Below, piece by piece: positions 51,411 to 63,429 of a stretch of 64,000 nt of DNA. The notes beneath the pieces were generated by a model that worked only from the letters and a program-made list of their open reading frames with translations, did not search any database and was not told where the DNA came from. The stretch is from an uncultured bacterium (GTDB lineage: Bacteria; Oederibacteriota; PGYV01; CAWJRG01), in contig CAWJRG010000009.1 of assembly GCA_963845185.1 (NCBI GenBank), forward strand, positions 544,001 through 608,000. Direction: 5' to 3'. The translations under genes and the position numbers were made by a program. Each line of letters starts with the position of its first letter. The first letter of the stretch is position 1.

Positions 51411-51908
51411 ATGGAACTAAAGAAAACGATTTCAATTCTAGTGGAGAACCAGCCCGGTGTGCTTGCCAGGATAGCAAGCCTTTTCTCAGGCAGGGCTTTT
51501 AATATAGACAGCCTTGCGGTCGGAGAAACCGAGGACCCGACTACTTCCAGGATGACTATAGTGGCGAAAGGCGATGAGCAGGTTTTGGAACAGATAATGA
51601 AACAGCTTAACAAGCTTATAGACGTAATCAAGGTTGTTGACATGACTGCGGAAACCCATGTTGAGAGAGAGCTTGCGATAGTAAAAATAAACGCAGGCAA
51701 AAAAAAGGCAGACCTCTTGAACATATTCAAGCTTTTCAAGGCAAAGGTACTGGATGTAGCAAAAGATGCGTATATTGTGGAGGTTACAGGCTCTGACGAA
51801 AAGATTAATTCATTCCTGGAATCAGTGGAGGAATTCGGAGTGAAGGAAATGGTAAGGACAGGCACAATAGCGATGACAAGGACAAAGAAGGCGAAAGCAA
51901 ATAAATAA
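51411..51908 (+). CDS. ilvN: Acetolactate synthase small subunit
   Basis: VENQPGVLARIASLFSGRAFNIDSL, QLNKLIDV. Confidence 0.97.
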   Translation: MELKKTISILVENQPGVLARIASLFSGRAFNIDSLAVGETEDPTTSRMTIVAKGDEQVLEQIMKQLNKLIDVIKVVDMTAETHVERELAIVKINAGKKKADLLNIFKLFKAKVLDVAKDAYIVEVTGSDEKINSFLESVEEFGVKEMVRTGTIAMTRTKKAKANK

Positions 51909-53027
<1,119 letters not shown>

Positions 53028-53062
53028 AAGCCTGCTAAATAAATAAAACAGAAGGTGATGTC

Positions 53063-54595
53063 ATGAGTACCAATGAAAAGATATTAATTTTTGATACAAC
53101 TTTACGCGACGGCGAGCAGGTTCCAGGAGCATCTCTAACAAAAACAGAAAAATTAGAGATAGCGTTTCAGCTCGAAAAGCTTAATGTGGACATTATAGAG
53201 GCTGGATTTCCTATATCTTCTCCGGGCGACTTGGAATCTGTCAGGGAGATAGCTACGCTCGTCAAGAAGCCTATAATAGCAGGGCTTTGCCGTGCGGTAA
53301 AAAAAGACATTGATGCCTGTGCTGAAGCTTTTAAAAAGGCAAAAAAGCCAAGGATACACACATTCATCGGTACTTCACCTCAGCATGTAAAGTTTATCAC
53401 CAGGACAACTGACGAGGAAGTTTTAAGGCGCTCAATAGAGTCTGTCAAGTACGCCAGGACTCTGTGCGATGATGTTGAGTATTCTGCAATGGATGCTACA
53501 AGGACAGGTTTTGATTACTTGTGCAGGATAGTCGAGGAGACAATAAAGGCAGGCGCACAGACAATAGACATACCTGACTCTGTAGGCTACACAACCCCAG
53601 AGGAATACGGTGCCTTAATAAAAAAGCTAATGAACACGGTACCAAACATAAACAAGGCAGTGATAGCAGTGCATTGCCATAATGACCTTGGCATGGCGAC
53701 TGCAAACTCGCTTGCTGCTGTAATGAACGGAGCACGCCAGATCGAATGTACCATAAACGGGCTTGGCGAGAGGGCCGGAAATGCGTCGCTTGAAGAAGTA
53801 GTTATGGCGCTCAAGACAAGGAAAGATGTTTATGGTTTTGACACAAACATAAAAACAGAGGAGATATACAAAGCATCAAAAATGGTCACGCATCTGACAG
53901 GCATTCCTGTGCAGCCAAACAAGGCTATAGTAGGTGCAAATGCTTTTGCGCATGCCTCGGGTATACACCAGGACGCCATACTTAAGGACGAGTCGACTTT
54001 CGGCATAATGACGCCGAAGTCAATAGGTATACCGGGCCACGAGCTTGTGCTTACTAGCCGCTCAGGCAGGCATGCGCTGGCACACAGGCTTGAGTACCTT
54101 GGCTTTAAGGTAAAGGAAGAGCAGCTTAACGACATATATACGAAGTTTTTGACCATAGCAGACAAGAAAAAAGAGGTATTTGACGAGGACCTGCTTTCTT
54201 TGATGCCGTCTGAAGGGCAAAAGGGTGCAGATATTTATAAATTAAATTATTTGTACGCAGCCACAGGCACAAGCATGATACCTACAGCCACGGTTGAAGT
54301 AAAAAAAGGAGATAAAGTTTCCAGGCAGGCTTCTTTAGGGGACGGCCCGGTTGACGCGACTTTCAAGGCCATTAACGAGATAGTGAAGGAACACGTTGTC
54401 CTGCTTGATTACCAGATAAAATCAGTGACAAAGGGTGAGGAAGCCCAGGGCGAAGTAACTGTCAGGGTAAAAAAAGGCAATACTGAGGTAAACGGCAGGG
54501 GCGTTTCGACCGATATTATTGAAGCGAGTGCAAAGGCTTACCTCGACGCGCTGTCAAAGCTGGAAAGAGCAAAGGCAGTGAAAATAAGAAAATAA
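53063..54595 (+). CDS. leuA: 2-isopropylmalate synthase
   Basis: DTTLRDGEQ, HCHNDLG, GERAGN, HASGIHQD, regulatory GDGPVDA. Confidence 0.96.
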   Translation: MSTNEKILIFDTTLRDGEQVPGASLTKTEKLEIAFQLEKLNVDIIEAGFPISSPGDLESVREIATLVKKPIIAGLCRAVKKDIDACAEAFKKAKKPRIHTFIGTSPQHVKFITRTTDEEVLRRSIESVKYARTLCDDVEYSAMDATRTGFDYLCRIVEETIKAGAQTIDIPDSVGYTTPEEYGALIKKLMNTVPNINKAVIAVHCHNDLGMATANSLAAVMNGARQIECTINGLGERAGNASLEEVVMALKTRKDVYGFDTNIKTEEIYKASKMVTHLTGIPVQPNKAIVGANAFAHASGIHQDAILKDESTFGIMTPKSIGIPGHELVLTSRSGRHALAHRLEYLGFKVKEEQLNDIYTKFLTIADKKKEVFDEDLLSLMPSEGQKGADIYKLNYLYAATGTSMIPTATVEVKKGDKVSRQASLGDGPVDATFKAINEIVKEHVVLLDYQIKSVTKGEEAQGEVTVRVKKGNTEVNGRGVSTDIIEASAKAYLDALSKLERAKAVKIRK

Positions 54596-54596
54596 A

Positions 54597-54670
54597 GTGT
54601 TAAGTGGGAAGTGGTAGGTGGTAAGCAAAAGATTTTTCACACACCACTTAGCACATACCACATATCACTT
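54597..54670. repeat. Degenerate heptamer-repeat hairpin between leuA and leuC
   Basis: (T/G)A(A/G)GTG(G)-type 7-mers facing CACTTAG/CACATAC/CACATAT 7-mers. Confidence 0.55.
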
Positions 54671-54687
54671 CGATAAGGAGCAAAACA

Positions 54688-55947
54688 ATGAAGATGACCA
54701 TAGCTGAAAAAATATTAGCCGCGAAATGCGGCAAGAAATATGTGGAGCCGGGCGAGCTTATCATAGCCAATGTCGATATAGTATTGGCAAACGACATTAC
54801 CGCACCTTTTGCCATAAAAGAATTCAGGGCATCGGGCGCGACAAAAGTATTTGACAGGAAAAAAATAGTGCTTTTGTCCGACCATTTCACTCCGAATAAG
54901 GATATAAAATCAGCGGAGCAGGCAAAAATTCTGCGTGACTTTGCGCATGAACAGAAGCTCACGCATTATTACGAGCAGGGAGAGGTAGGCATAGAGCACG
55001 CCTTATTGCCTGAGCAGGGAGTTGTGGTGCCGGGCGACCTGGTTATTGGCGCAGACTCACACACGTGCACCTACGGCGCGCTTGGGGCTTTTGCCACAGG
55101 CGTCGGCTCGACTGATGTTGCATTTGCCATGATTACAGGCAAGCTCTGGTTTAAGGTCCCACAATCCATAAAGTTTATTTATAACGGTAAGCTAAAAAAA
55201 TGGGTAAGTTCAAAGGACCTGATACTTTATACCATAGGAAAGATAGGCGTGGACGGAGCCCTTTACAGGGCAATGGAGTTCACAGGACCGGTGATTGACA
55301 GCCTTTCTGTTGATGCAAGGCTCACCATGTCAAACATGGCAATAGAAGCAGGTGGCAAGGCAGGGCTCATGGAAGCTGACGCCAAAACCATAGCCTATGA
55401 AAAAACAAGGGCCGAGAGAAAGTGGAAGGTTTACAGGAGCGACAAGGATGCCAAATATGAGAAGGTTATAGAGTTTGACTGCTCAAAAATAGAGCCGCAG
55501 GTGTCTTTCCCGCACCTGCCTGAGAATACAAAGCCCATATCAAAGGTTGGCAACATAAAAATAGACCAGTCTGTTATAGGTTCCTGCACAAATGGCAGGA
55601 TAGAGGATTTAAGGATAGCAGCAGGCATTTTAAAGGGCAAGAAGGTGAATTCCAGGGTCAGGTGCCTTATTTTCCCGGGCACACCCGCAATATACCTCCA
55701 GGCGCTTAAGGAAGGCCTGATAGAGGCCTTTGTGAAGGCTGGCGCAGTGGTTTCTCCGCCTACATGCGGCCCATGCCTTGGCGGGCATATGGGCATACTT
55801 GCAAAGGGCGAGACAGCCATTTCCACCACAAACAGGAACTTTGTAGGCAGGATGGGCAGTCCGGGAAGCTTTGTTTATCTTGCTTCACCTGCAATAGCTG
55901 CGGCGAGCGCAGTACTTGGCAGGATTGCTTCGCCTGAAGAGCTGTAA
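54688..55947 (+). CDS. leuC: 3-isopropylmalate dehydratase large subunit
   Basis: [42 protein letters not shown]. Confidence 0.97.
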   Translation: MKMTIAEKILAAKCGKKYVEPGELIIANVDIVLANDITAPFAIKEFRASGATKVFDRKKIVLLSDHFTPNKDIKSAEQAKILRDFAHEQKLTHYYEQGEVGIEHALLPEQGVVVPGDLVIGADSHTCTYGALGAFATGVGSTDVAFAMITGKLWFKVPQSIKFIYNGKLKKWVSSKDLILYTIGKIGVDGALYRAMEFTGPVIDSLSVDARLTMSNMAIEAGGKAGLMEADAKTIAYEKTRAERKWKVYRSDKDAKYEKVIEFDCSKIEPQVSFPHLPENTKPISKVGNIKIDQSVIGSCTNGRIEDLRIAAGILKGKKVNSRVRCLIFPGTPAIYLQALKEGLIEAFVKAGAVVSPPTCGPCLGGHMGILAKGETAISTTNRNFVGRMGSPGSFVYLASPAIAAASAVLGRIASPEEL

Positions 55948-55948
55948 A

Positions 55949-56025
55949 TACGTGCAACGTGCGACGTGAGGCGTGCGACGCAAAGATAGTTTTTCGCAGT
56001 ACGTGGCACACAGCACGCATCACAT
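55949..56025. repeat. Heptamer-repeat hairpin between leuC and leuD
   Basis: ACGTGCA/ACGTGCG/ACGTGAG/GCGTGCG followed by GCACACA/GCACGCA. Confidence 0.55.
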
Positions 56026-56059
56026 TTAAAGTAAAGAATAAAGCAAAAGGAGAATGCTT

Positions 56060-56557
56060 ATGAAGATAACCGGAAAGACGTGGAAGTTCAAGGATGACAT
56101 TAACACGGATTTGATCATACCTGCAAGATATTTGAATACTTCTGACCCTGTAGAGCTTGGCAGGCACTGCATGGAAGACGAGGACAAGGACTTTGTGAAG
56201 AAGATAGCCAAAGGCGACATCATAGTGGCAGGCAAGAACTTTGGCTGTGGCTCGTCCAGGGAACATGCTCCTGTGACCATAAAGGCAGCAGGCATATCCT
56301 GCGTCATTGCAAAGGACTTTGCCAGGATATTCTACAGGAACTCGTTTAATATAGGACTACCCATATTCGAGTCAGAAGAGGCGTCAAAAAATATATCCCA
56401 GGGCGATAAGGTCGAAATAGACGCTAACAGCGGCATTATAAAGAATCTGACCAAGGGTGAGGAATATACGGTAAAGCCGATACCGCCTTTTATGCAGGAG
56501 CTGGTCAGTGCAGGCGGCCTCATGGCATACGCAAAGAAGAAATTCACGATAAAGTAG
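56060..56557 (+). CDS. leuD: 3-isopropylmalate dehydratase small subunit
   Basis: [34 protein letters not shown]. Confidence 0.97.
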   Translation: MKITGKTWKFKDDINTDLIIPARYLNTSDPVELGRHCMEDEDKDFVKKIAKGDIIVAGKNFGCGSSREHAPVTIKAAGISCVIAKDFARIFYRNSFNIGLPIFESEEASKNISQGDKVEIDANSGIIKNLTKGEEYTVKPIPPFMQELVSAGGLMAYAKKKFTIK

Positions 56558-56566
56558 ATGGTTTTC

Positions 56567-56657
56567 CCTTCTCCCCTTGAGGGAGAAGGTGAGGATGAGG
56601 GGTGCGGAGAAAAGGATTTCACCCTCACCCTGGCCCTCTCCCGTCGAGGGAGAGGGA
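56567..56657. repeat. CCCTCTCCC/GGGAGAGGG-type double-hairpin REP element
   Basis: CCTTCTCCC-CTTGA-GGGAGAAGG and CCCTCTCCC-GTCGA-GGGAGAGGG in inverted arrangement. Confidence 0.75.
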
Positions 56658-56705
56658 ATTGATTGAGAATAACACATATCACACACTCTCGAGAGGAGAA
56701 CAGAA

Positions 56706-57773
56706 ATGGCAAAGAGTTACAACATTGCAGTAATGGGCGGAGACGGAACAGGCCCTGAAGTAGTAGCAGAAGGTCTTAAGGTTCTAAATGCGGCATCATC
56801 CAAGTATGGTGTAAAGCTTAATTACACCAAATATGACTTCGGCGGGGAAAAGTACTTGAAAACCGGAGTATTGCTTCCGGAGTCAGGCATAGAAGAGCTT
56901 AGAAAGCACGATGCCATATATCTTGGCGCCATAGGTCACCCGGACGTAAAGCCGGGTATCCTTGAGCCGGGAATACTCCTGAAGCTTCGCTTCGCGCTCG
57001 ACCAGTATATCAACCTGCGTCCTGTAAAGCTTTATCCAAACGTGGAAACACCTTTGAAAGACAAAGGGCCGGAGCAGATTGACTTTGTGGTCATCAGGGA
57101 AAACAGCGGAGGCATTTACACAGGCATGGGTGGCGTGACAATGAAAGGCACACAAAACGAAATAGCGACACAGCTCATGGTTTATTCAAGGCCCGTAGTT
57201 GACCGCTGCATTAAATACGCTTACGAGCTTACCAAAAAGCGCAACAAAAAGAAAATGCTGACGCTCGTGCATAAAACCAACGTTCTCACTCACTGTGGCG
57301 ACCTGTGGGTAAGGGCGCACAAGGAAATGGGCGACAAGAACTACCCGGATATAAAGCAGGATTACGCGCATGTCGACGCGACAACAATGTGGTTTGTGAA
57401 GAACCCGGAATTTTTTGACGTCATTGTCACCGAGAACCTGTTTGGCGACATAATCACGGACCTTGGCGCCATGATACAGGGCGGCATGGGAATAGCAGCA
57501 GGCGGAAATATAAACCCTGAAGGCGTATCCATGTTCGAGCCTATCGGCGGTTCTGCGCCGAAGTACACAGGCAAAAACGTCATTAACCCGCTTGCGGCAA
57601 TAAACGCAGCGACAATGATGATGGAAACGCTCGGCGAAGAAAAGATGGCTGCTGCCATGGAAAATGCGGTTGTAGACGCGCTGAAATCCGGCAAAATTAA
57701 GAGCATGTCAGCCGGTAAGATGGGCATGAGTACTACCGAGATGGGTGACTTTGTAGCATTGTTAGTGAAATAA
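56706..57773 (+). CDS. leuB: 3-isopropylmalate dehydrogenase
   Basis: GDGTGPEV, NLRPVKL, IRENSGG, HKTNVL, NLFGDIITD, FEPIGGSAP. Confidence 0.95.
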   Translation: MAKSYNIAVMGGDGTGPEVVAEGLKVLNAASSKYGVKLNYTKYDFGGEKYLKTGVLLPESGIEELRKHDAIYLGAIGHPDVKPGILEPGILLKLRFALDQYINLRPVKLYPNVETPLKDKGPEQIDFVVIRENSGGIYTGMGGVTMKGTQNEIATQLMVYSRPVVDRCIKYAYELTKKRNKKKMLTLVHKTNVLTHCGDLWVRAHKEMGDKNYPDIKQDYAHVDATTMWFVKNPEFFDVIVTENLFGDIITDLGAMIQGGMGIAAGGNINPEGVSMFEPIGGSAPKYTGKNVINPLAAINAATMMMETLGEEKMAAAMENAVVDALKSGKIKSMSAGKMGMSTTEMGDFVALLVK

Positions 57774-57830
57774 AATTTGGCATCATTAGGAATTCGGCAT
57801 TTGGCAGGTATGTTGAAAAACGCTGGAATG

Positions 57831-57928
57831 TGTCATTGCGAGCCCCGCTTTTATTTTTATGGGCGTGGCAATCTCATTTTTGCTTTTAATTGCGAGATTG
57901 CTTCGTCGCTTCGCCCCTCACAATGACA
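57831..57928. repeat. GTCATTGCGAG-type intergenic palindromic element
   Basis: TGTCATTGCGAG...GGCAATCTC...GAGATTGCTTCG...CTCACAATGACA. Confidence 0.75.
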
Positions 57929-57982
57929 TCGCAAAATAGTTTTTAACATATGTTAGACATTAATTAGGAAAGGAGTTTCTTT

Positions 57983-58900
57983 ATGAAAAAACTTTTACCT
58001 ATTATTTTACTCATATTTTGTTTCAGTATTTTTTCTTATTCAAATGACGCTGAAAAATATTTAAAAGAAGGTTTTGCTAAAGGCGAATTAGGCGATTACA
58101 AAGACGCTATTGATGATTATAATAAAGTAATAGATATTGATCCTGAAATTCCACTGGCTTATTTTAACCGAGGGACAATTGAAAAAGATTTGGGCAATTA
58201 CACCGAAGCGATAAAAGATTTTGATAAAGCAATAAAGCTTAATCCTAAATATGATGAAGCTTATATTAACCGTGGTATTGTTAAGAGAGATATAAACGAT
58301 AAAAAAGGCGCAATCAAAGATTGTAATTCGGCTATTCGAATCGAGCAAATAAATTTGATTACAAGGAAAATGTTTGCATTTATTAGTAAAATAATAGGTG
58401 ACAAGGATGGTGCAATTGAAGAATTGAAATCGGTGATAAAATTTAAACAGAATGAAAGTAAGGCTTATAATGCTCGGGGTATAGCAAAATACGATTTGGG
58501 TAATTATAAAGGTGCGATGGAAGATTATATTAAGGCAATAGCGCTTGATTCAACATATGCGGAGCCTTATGGCAACCTTGGGAATGTTAAAGTTAAAATG
58601 AGTAATATTAAAGGAGCAATGGAAGACTATACAAAAGCAATAGAACTTGACCCAAAGTATATGCATGCTTTTTGCGGTCGCGGTATTGCTAATGATTTAT
58701 TAAACGATGATAAAGCTGCAATTAAAGATTATGACAAGGCAATACAGCTTGACGCACAGTTTTCGATAGCTTATTACTACCGCGCGGTTGCTAAATATAA
58801 ATTAGGCGATAAGAAAGGCACGATTGAAGATTTAAATAAGGCAGGAGAATTGGGGTTTAAACAAGCGTATGACAAAATTAAGGAAATTAAAGGCAAGTAA
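57983..58900 (+). CDS. Secreted tetratricopeptide repeat protein
   Basis: Signal peptide; repeated AYxNRG...AIxDYxKAIxLDP. Confidence 0.92.
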   Translation: MKKLLPIILLIFCFSIFSYSNDAEKYLKEGFAKGELGDYKDAIDDYNKVIDIDPEIPLAYFNRGTIEKDLGNYTEAIKDFDKAIKLNPKYDEAYINRGIVKRDINDKKGAIKDCNSAIRIEQINLITRKMFAFISKIIGDKDGAIEELKSVIKFKQNESKAYNARGIAKYDLGNYKGAMEDYIKAIALDSTYAEPYGNLGNVKVKMSNIKGAMEDYTKAIELDPKYMHAFCGRGIANDLLNDDKAAIKDYDKAIQLDAQFSIAYYYRAVAKYKLGDKKGTIEDLNKAGELGFKQAYDKIKEIKGK

Positions 58901-58970
58901 AAGAATTATCAATTCGGCATTCGAATCTAAAATCCCAAATGCCAAATGGTAAATACTGGAGGATTGTGTC

Positions 58971-59990
58971 ATGAGTAAAGAATATAACGTCGCCATCATG
59001 GGCGCGACCGGAGCAGTGGGAAAAGAACTGCTCTCAATAGTTGAGGAAAGGAAATTTCCGGTAAAGAGCTTAAAGCTCCTTGCTTCCGAGAGGTCAAAAG
59101 GCAAGGAAATGACCTATCAAGGCAGGAAATTGAAAGTTGAAGTGCTTGATTCCAACTCATTCAAAGGAGTTGATATAGTGCTGGCGTCAGCCGGCGCGTC
59201 TGTTTCAAAACAGTTTTTAAAGGACATGATGGACGCAAAAGTGCTGTGCATAGACAATACTTCCGCATTCAGGATGGAAAAGGACGTGCCGCTCGTGGTT
59301 CCGGAGATAAACCCGGAAGACTGCAAATGGAACAAGGGATTGATAGCAAACCCGAACTGTACGACCATAATAGCCATAGTGCCGCTTAAGCCTTTGCACG
59401 ACGCGGCAAAGATAAAAAGGATGGTTGTATGCAGTTACCAGGCGGCATCCGGAGCCGGTGAAAAAGCCATGTTTGAGCTGGAACAACAGGCAAAAGACTG
59501 GGCAGCAGGGAAACCCATGAAAGTTGAGAAGTTCCCGTACCAGTTGCTTTGGAACGTGATACCCCACATAGATGTTTTCATGGAAAACGGATACACCAAA
59601 GAGGAAATGAAAGTAGTTAACGAGACCAGGAAAATAATGCACGCGCCTGATATGATGATATCGGCAACTACGGTCAGGGTGCCGGTATTGCGCGCGCATT
59701 CAGAGTCGATAATAATCGAAACCGAAAAAAAGCTGACGCCAGACGAGGCCAGGGCGCTTATGTCAAAGGCGCCGGGCGTAACTGTCCTGGATGAACCCGC
59801 GAATAAAAAATACCCGATGCCTTTGATTGCGTCGGGCAAGGATAATGTATTTGTCGGCAGGGTACGCGAGGACATTTCCTGCGAAAAAAACGGCCTGAAT
59901 TTGTTTGTTGTCGGCGACCAGATAAGAAAAGGCGCGGCTCTGAACGCCGTGCAGATAGCCGAAATAGTTTATAAAGAGGGTTTGAAGTAA
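58971..59990 (+). CDS. asd: Aspartate-semialdehyde dehydrogenase
   Basis: GATGAVG, DNTSAFRM, ANPNCTT, YQAASGAG, KGAALNAVQIAE. Confidence 0.98.
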   Translation: MSKEYNVAIMGATGAVGKELLSIVEERKFPVKSLKLLASERSKGKEMTYQGRKLKVEVLDSNSFKGVDIVLASAGASVSKQFLKDMMDAKVLCIDNTSAFRMEKDVPLVVPEINPEDCKWNKGLIANPNCTTIIAIVPLKPLHDAAKIKRMVVCSYQAASGAGEKAMFELEQQAKDWAAGKPMKVEKFPYQLLWNVIPHIDVFMENGYTKEEMKVVNETRKIMHAPDMMISATTVRVPVLRAHSESIIIETEKKLTPDEARALMSKAPGVTVLDEPANKKYPMPLIASGKDNVFVGRVREDISCEKNGLNLFVVGDQIRKGAALNAVQIAEIVYKEGLK

Positions 59991-60003
59991 AAATGTTTTT
60001 AAA

Positions 60004-60073
60004 GTAGGGGCGATTCATGAATCGCCCAAAACGAAAGAATCGACAAGTAGGGTAATTCGTGAATTACCCCTAC
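60004..60073. repeat. Two GTAG-headed REP palindromes
   Basis: GTAGGGGCGATTCATGAATCGCCC and GTAGGGTAATTCGTGAATTACCCCTAC. Confidence 0.8.
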
Positions 60074-60085
60074 AAATAAAAAACC

Positions 60086-60122
60086 AAAACGGCGGATGCA
60101 GGAGACTGCACCGCCGTTTTTT
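60086..60122 (+). terminator. Intrinsic terminator after asd
   Basis: AAAACGGCGG...CCGCCGTTTTTT. Confidence 0.75.
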
Positions 60123-60165
60123 GTTTATCTGCCTGCGCAACAAATATTTGTAGAGAAGGGGCTTG

Positions 60166-61779
60166 GAGTCTGTCTCAAAAGCCTCTTAATTCTTTGACAT
60201 AAATGGTATAATGGTTTCAAAATTTAGCGAAGGAGAAACCAAATGCCAACGATAAGAGCCGATAGAAATCAAATGTATCTACTGCCACCGGCAATAGAAG
60301 ATTGGGTTTCAAAAGATCATTTAGCTCGATTTGTCGTAGAATTCGTAGAAGAATTACCGCTTGAAGAGATGGGTTTTAAAATGGAAGAAGAAACCGGAAG
60401 ACCGGGATATTTTGTAGATCTTTTACTTGGGGCATGGATGTACGGCATACTGGAAGGAAAAAAGAGCAGCAGAAAAGTTGAAAAAATGACTTACGATTCA
60501 ATGGGGATGATATGGATAACCGGGAATAATCATCCCGACCATAATACGCTATGGAGATTTTTTAAAGGAAATAAAGAGCAGATAAGGGTTTTACTGAAGG
60601 AGACGGTGCGTGTGGCAACAAACAACAATTTGGTTGGTTTTGAAATCCAAGCCGTGGACGGCACAAAAATACAGGCAGATGTAAATAAGGAAAAGACCAA
60701 AACAATAAAAGACATGAATAAAAAAATACAAGAATTAGACAGAGAAATAGACAAAATAATGGTGGAAATTGAGAAAAATGACGAACAAGACGATGAAGAG
60801 GGCAAAAGTAAGTGCGGAATGCCAAAAGAATTGCAGGAAAAGGAGAAACTGCGTCAGGTAATAAGAGAACATATAGAACGTATGAAAAGTGAAGGAAAAA
60901 CAACTGAAAACCCCACAGATAGAGACAGCCGGTTCATGATGACAAGAGGTAAAGGACTGCAACAGGCATATAACTCACAGGTTGTTGTGGACGCAAAGAA
61001 ACAGATAATTGTGGCAGAGAATGTGACAAACAAGGAATCGGATGCTCACATGCTGAATGATATGATAGAAAAAGCAGAGTCGAATACCGGACAAAAATCA
61101 GGAGTAACGCTTGCGGATGGAGGGTATTATTCACCGGAAGAACTGGCAAAAGCCAAAGAAGAAAAAAGGAATATAATTGTTAACTTGCCGGAGGATGACA
61201 GCGATAGGCCGTATGGCAAAGCGCATTTTAAATACGACAAAGAAAAAAACGAATATGTATGTCCTAAAAATGGCAGGCTTGAATATACCAGTATAAGGAA
61301 GAAGAAAAACGGAAAAGAGACAATGATATACCGATGCGGGGATCATAGGGATTGTATTTATAAATACGAATGCAGCAAGGTAAAATCCGGAAGGATAATA
61401 GAAGCAAATAAGCATGAGTATGAGGAGATAGTGTCAATATACAGAGAAGAAGCTAGGGTCAATAACTGGAAAGAACAGCTTCGAAAGAGAAAAACAATAG
61501 TTGAGCCATTATTGGGACGTATAAAAAACGTACTTGGTTTTACAAGATTTAGTGTTAGAGGAATCGAAAGCGTAAAAACACAATGGTCTTTTATATGCGC
61601 CGCCCATAACATAAAGACAATGTATGCCTTGTGGAGGGAAGGTAAGGTTAAATTAAGGTTCGCAACCTGACAAGAAAAGAACCACAAATCGAAAAGAAGA
61701 GAAATAATAAAGATAGGGGCTAAAAAACGCGATAAGTGTAGGCAATGCAAGGCGTTTAAAAGAGTTTTGAGACAGACTC
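60166..61779 (+). mobile_element. IS1182-family insertion sequence, copy 1
   Basis: Terminal IRs GAGTCTGTCTCAAAA / TTTTGAGACAGACTC (may extend by one G/C); contains the transposase. Confidence 0.92.
60243..61670 (+). CDS. IS1182-family DDE transposase
   Basis: LLPP.IEDWV..DH.ARFV, GRPGY, SSRKVE, PDHNTLWRF, AVDGTKIQA, AYNSQ, LADGGY, RKTIVEP. Confidence 0.95.
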   Translation: MPTIRADRNQMYLLPPAIEDWVSKDHLARFVVEFVEELPLEEMGFKMEEETGRPGYFVDLLLGAWMYGILEGKKSSRKVEKMTYDSMGMIWITGNNHPDHNTLWRFFKGNKEQIRVLLKETVRVATNNNLVGFEIQAVDGTKIQADVNKEKTKTIKDMNKKIQELDREIDKIMVEIEKNDEQDDEEGKSKCGMPKELQEKEKLRQVIREHIERMKSEGKTTENPTDRDSRFMMTRGKGLQQAYNSQVVVDAKKQIIVAENVTNKESDAHMLNDMIEKAESNTGQKSGVTLADGGYYSPEELAKAKEEKRNIIVNLPEDDSDRPYGKAHFKYDKEKNEYVCPKNGRLEYTSIRKKKNGKETMIYRCGDHRDCIYKYECSKVKSGRIIEANKHEYEEIVSIYREEARVNNWKEQLRKRKTIVEPLLGRIKNVLGFTRFSVRGIESVKTQWSFICAAHNIKTMYALWREGKVKLRFAT

Positions 61780-61815
61780 CAAGCTCCTTCTCCGGCAAAT
61801 ACGAGAGGCAGCAAG

Positions 61816-63429
61816 GAGTCTGTCTCAAAAGCCTCTTAATTCTTTGACATAAATGGTATAATGGTTTCAAAATTTAGCGAAGGAGAAACCAAATGCCAAC
61901 GATAAGAGCCGATAGAAATCAAATGTATCTACTGCCACCGGCAATAGAAGATTGGGTTTCAAAAGATCATTTAGCTCGATTTGTCGTAGAATTCGTAGAA
62001 GAATTACCGCTTGAAGAGATGGGTTTTAAAATGGAAGAAGAAACCGGAAGACCGGGATATTTTGTAGATCTTTTACTTGGGGCATGGATGTACGGCATAC
62101 TGGAAGGAAAAAAGAGCAGCAGAAAAGTTGAAAAAATGACTTACGATTCAATGGGGATGATATGGATAACCGGGAATAATCATCCCGACCATAATACGCT
62201 ATGGAGATTTTTTAAAGGAAATAAAGAGCAGATAAGGGTTTTACTGAAGGAGACGGTGCGTGTGGCAACAAACAACAATTTGGTTGGTTTTGAAATCCAA
62301 GCCGTGGACGGCACAAAAATACAGGCAGATGTAAATAAGGAAAAGACCAAAACAATAAAAGACATGAATAAAAAAATACAAGAATTAGACAGAGAAATAG
62401 ACAAAATAATGGTGGAAATTGAGAAAAATGACGAACAAGACGATGAAGAGGGCAAAAGTAAGTGCGGAATGCCAAAAGAATTGCAGGAAAAGGAGAAACT
62501 GCGTCAGGTAATAAGAGAACATATAGAACGTATGAAAAGTGAAGGAAAAACAACTGAAAACCCCACAGATAGAGACAGCCGGTTCATGATGACAAGAGGT
62601 AAAGGACTGCAACAGGCATATAACTCACAGGTTGTTGTGGACGCAAAGAAACAGATAATTGTGGCAGAGAATGTGACAAACAAGGAATCGGATGCTCACA
62701 TGCTGAATGATATGATAGAAAAAGCAGAGTCGAATACCGGACAAAAATCAGGAGTAACGCTTGCGGATGGAGGGTATTATTCACCGGAAGAACTGGCAAA
62801 AGCCAAAGAAGAAAAAAGGAATATAATTGTTAACTTGCCGGAGGATGACAGCGATAGGCCGTATGGCAAAGCGCATTTTAAATACGACAAAGAAAAAAAC
62901 GAATATGTATGTCCTAAAAATGGCAGGCTTGAATATACCAGTATAAGGAAGAAGAAAAACGGAAAAGAGACAATGATATACCGATGCGGGGATCATAGGG
63001 ATTGTATTTATAAATACGAATGCAGCAAGGTAAAATCCGGAAGGATAATAGAAGCAAATAAGCATGAGTATGAGGAGATAGTGTCAATATACAGAGAAGA
63101 AGCTAGGGTCAATAACTGGAAAGAACAGCTTCGAAAGAGAAAAACAATAGTTGAGCCATTATTGGGACGTATAAAAAACGTACTTGGTTTTACAAGATTT
63201 AGTGTTAGAGGAATCGAAAGCGTAAAAACACAATGGTCTTTTATATGCGCCGCCCATAACATAAAGACAATGTATGCCTTGTGGAGGGAAGGTAAGGTTA
63301 AATTAAGGTTCGCAACCTGACAAGAAAAGAACCACAAATCGAAAAGAAGAGAAATAATAAAGATAGGGGCTAAAAAACGCGATAAGTGTAGGCAATGCAA
63401 GGCGTTTAAAAGAGTTTTGAGACAGACTC
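61816..63429 (+). mobile_element. IS1182-family insertion sequence, copy 2
   Basis: Same IRs; flanked by CAAG/CAAG direct repeat; offset 1650 bp from copy 1. Confidence 0.92.
61893..63320 (+). CDS. IS1182-family DDE transposase (identical to copy 1)
   Basis: Identical 475-aa translation. Confidence 0.95.
   Translation: MPTIRADRNQMYLLPPAIEDWVSKDHLARFVVEFVEELPLEEMGFKMEEETGRPGYFVDLLLGAWMYGILEGKKSSRKVEKMTYDSMGMIWITGNNHPDHNTLWRFFKGNKEQIRVLLKETVRVATNNNLVGFEIQAVDGTKIQADVNKEKTKTIKDMNKKIQELDREIDKIMVEIEKNDEQDDEEGKSKCGMPKELQEKEKLRQVIREHIERMKSEGKTTENPTDRDSRFMMTRGKGLQQAYNSQVVVDAKKQIIVAENVTNKESDAHMLNDMIEKAESNTGQKSGVTLADGGYYSPEELAKAKEEKRNIIVNLPEDDSDRPYGKAHFKYDKEKNEYVCPKNGRLEYTSIRKKKNGKETMIYRCGDHRDCIYKYECSKVKSGRIIEANKHEYEEIVSIYREEARVNNWKEQLRKRKTIVEPLLGRIKNVLGFTRFSVRGIESVKTQWSFICAAHNIKTMYALWREGKVKLRFAT

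Noticed and set aside
60166..63429. Composite transposon
   Set aside because: Only 36 bp with no cargo lies between the two IS copies.
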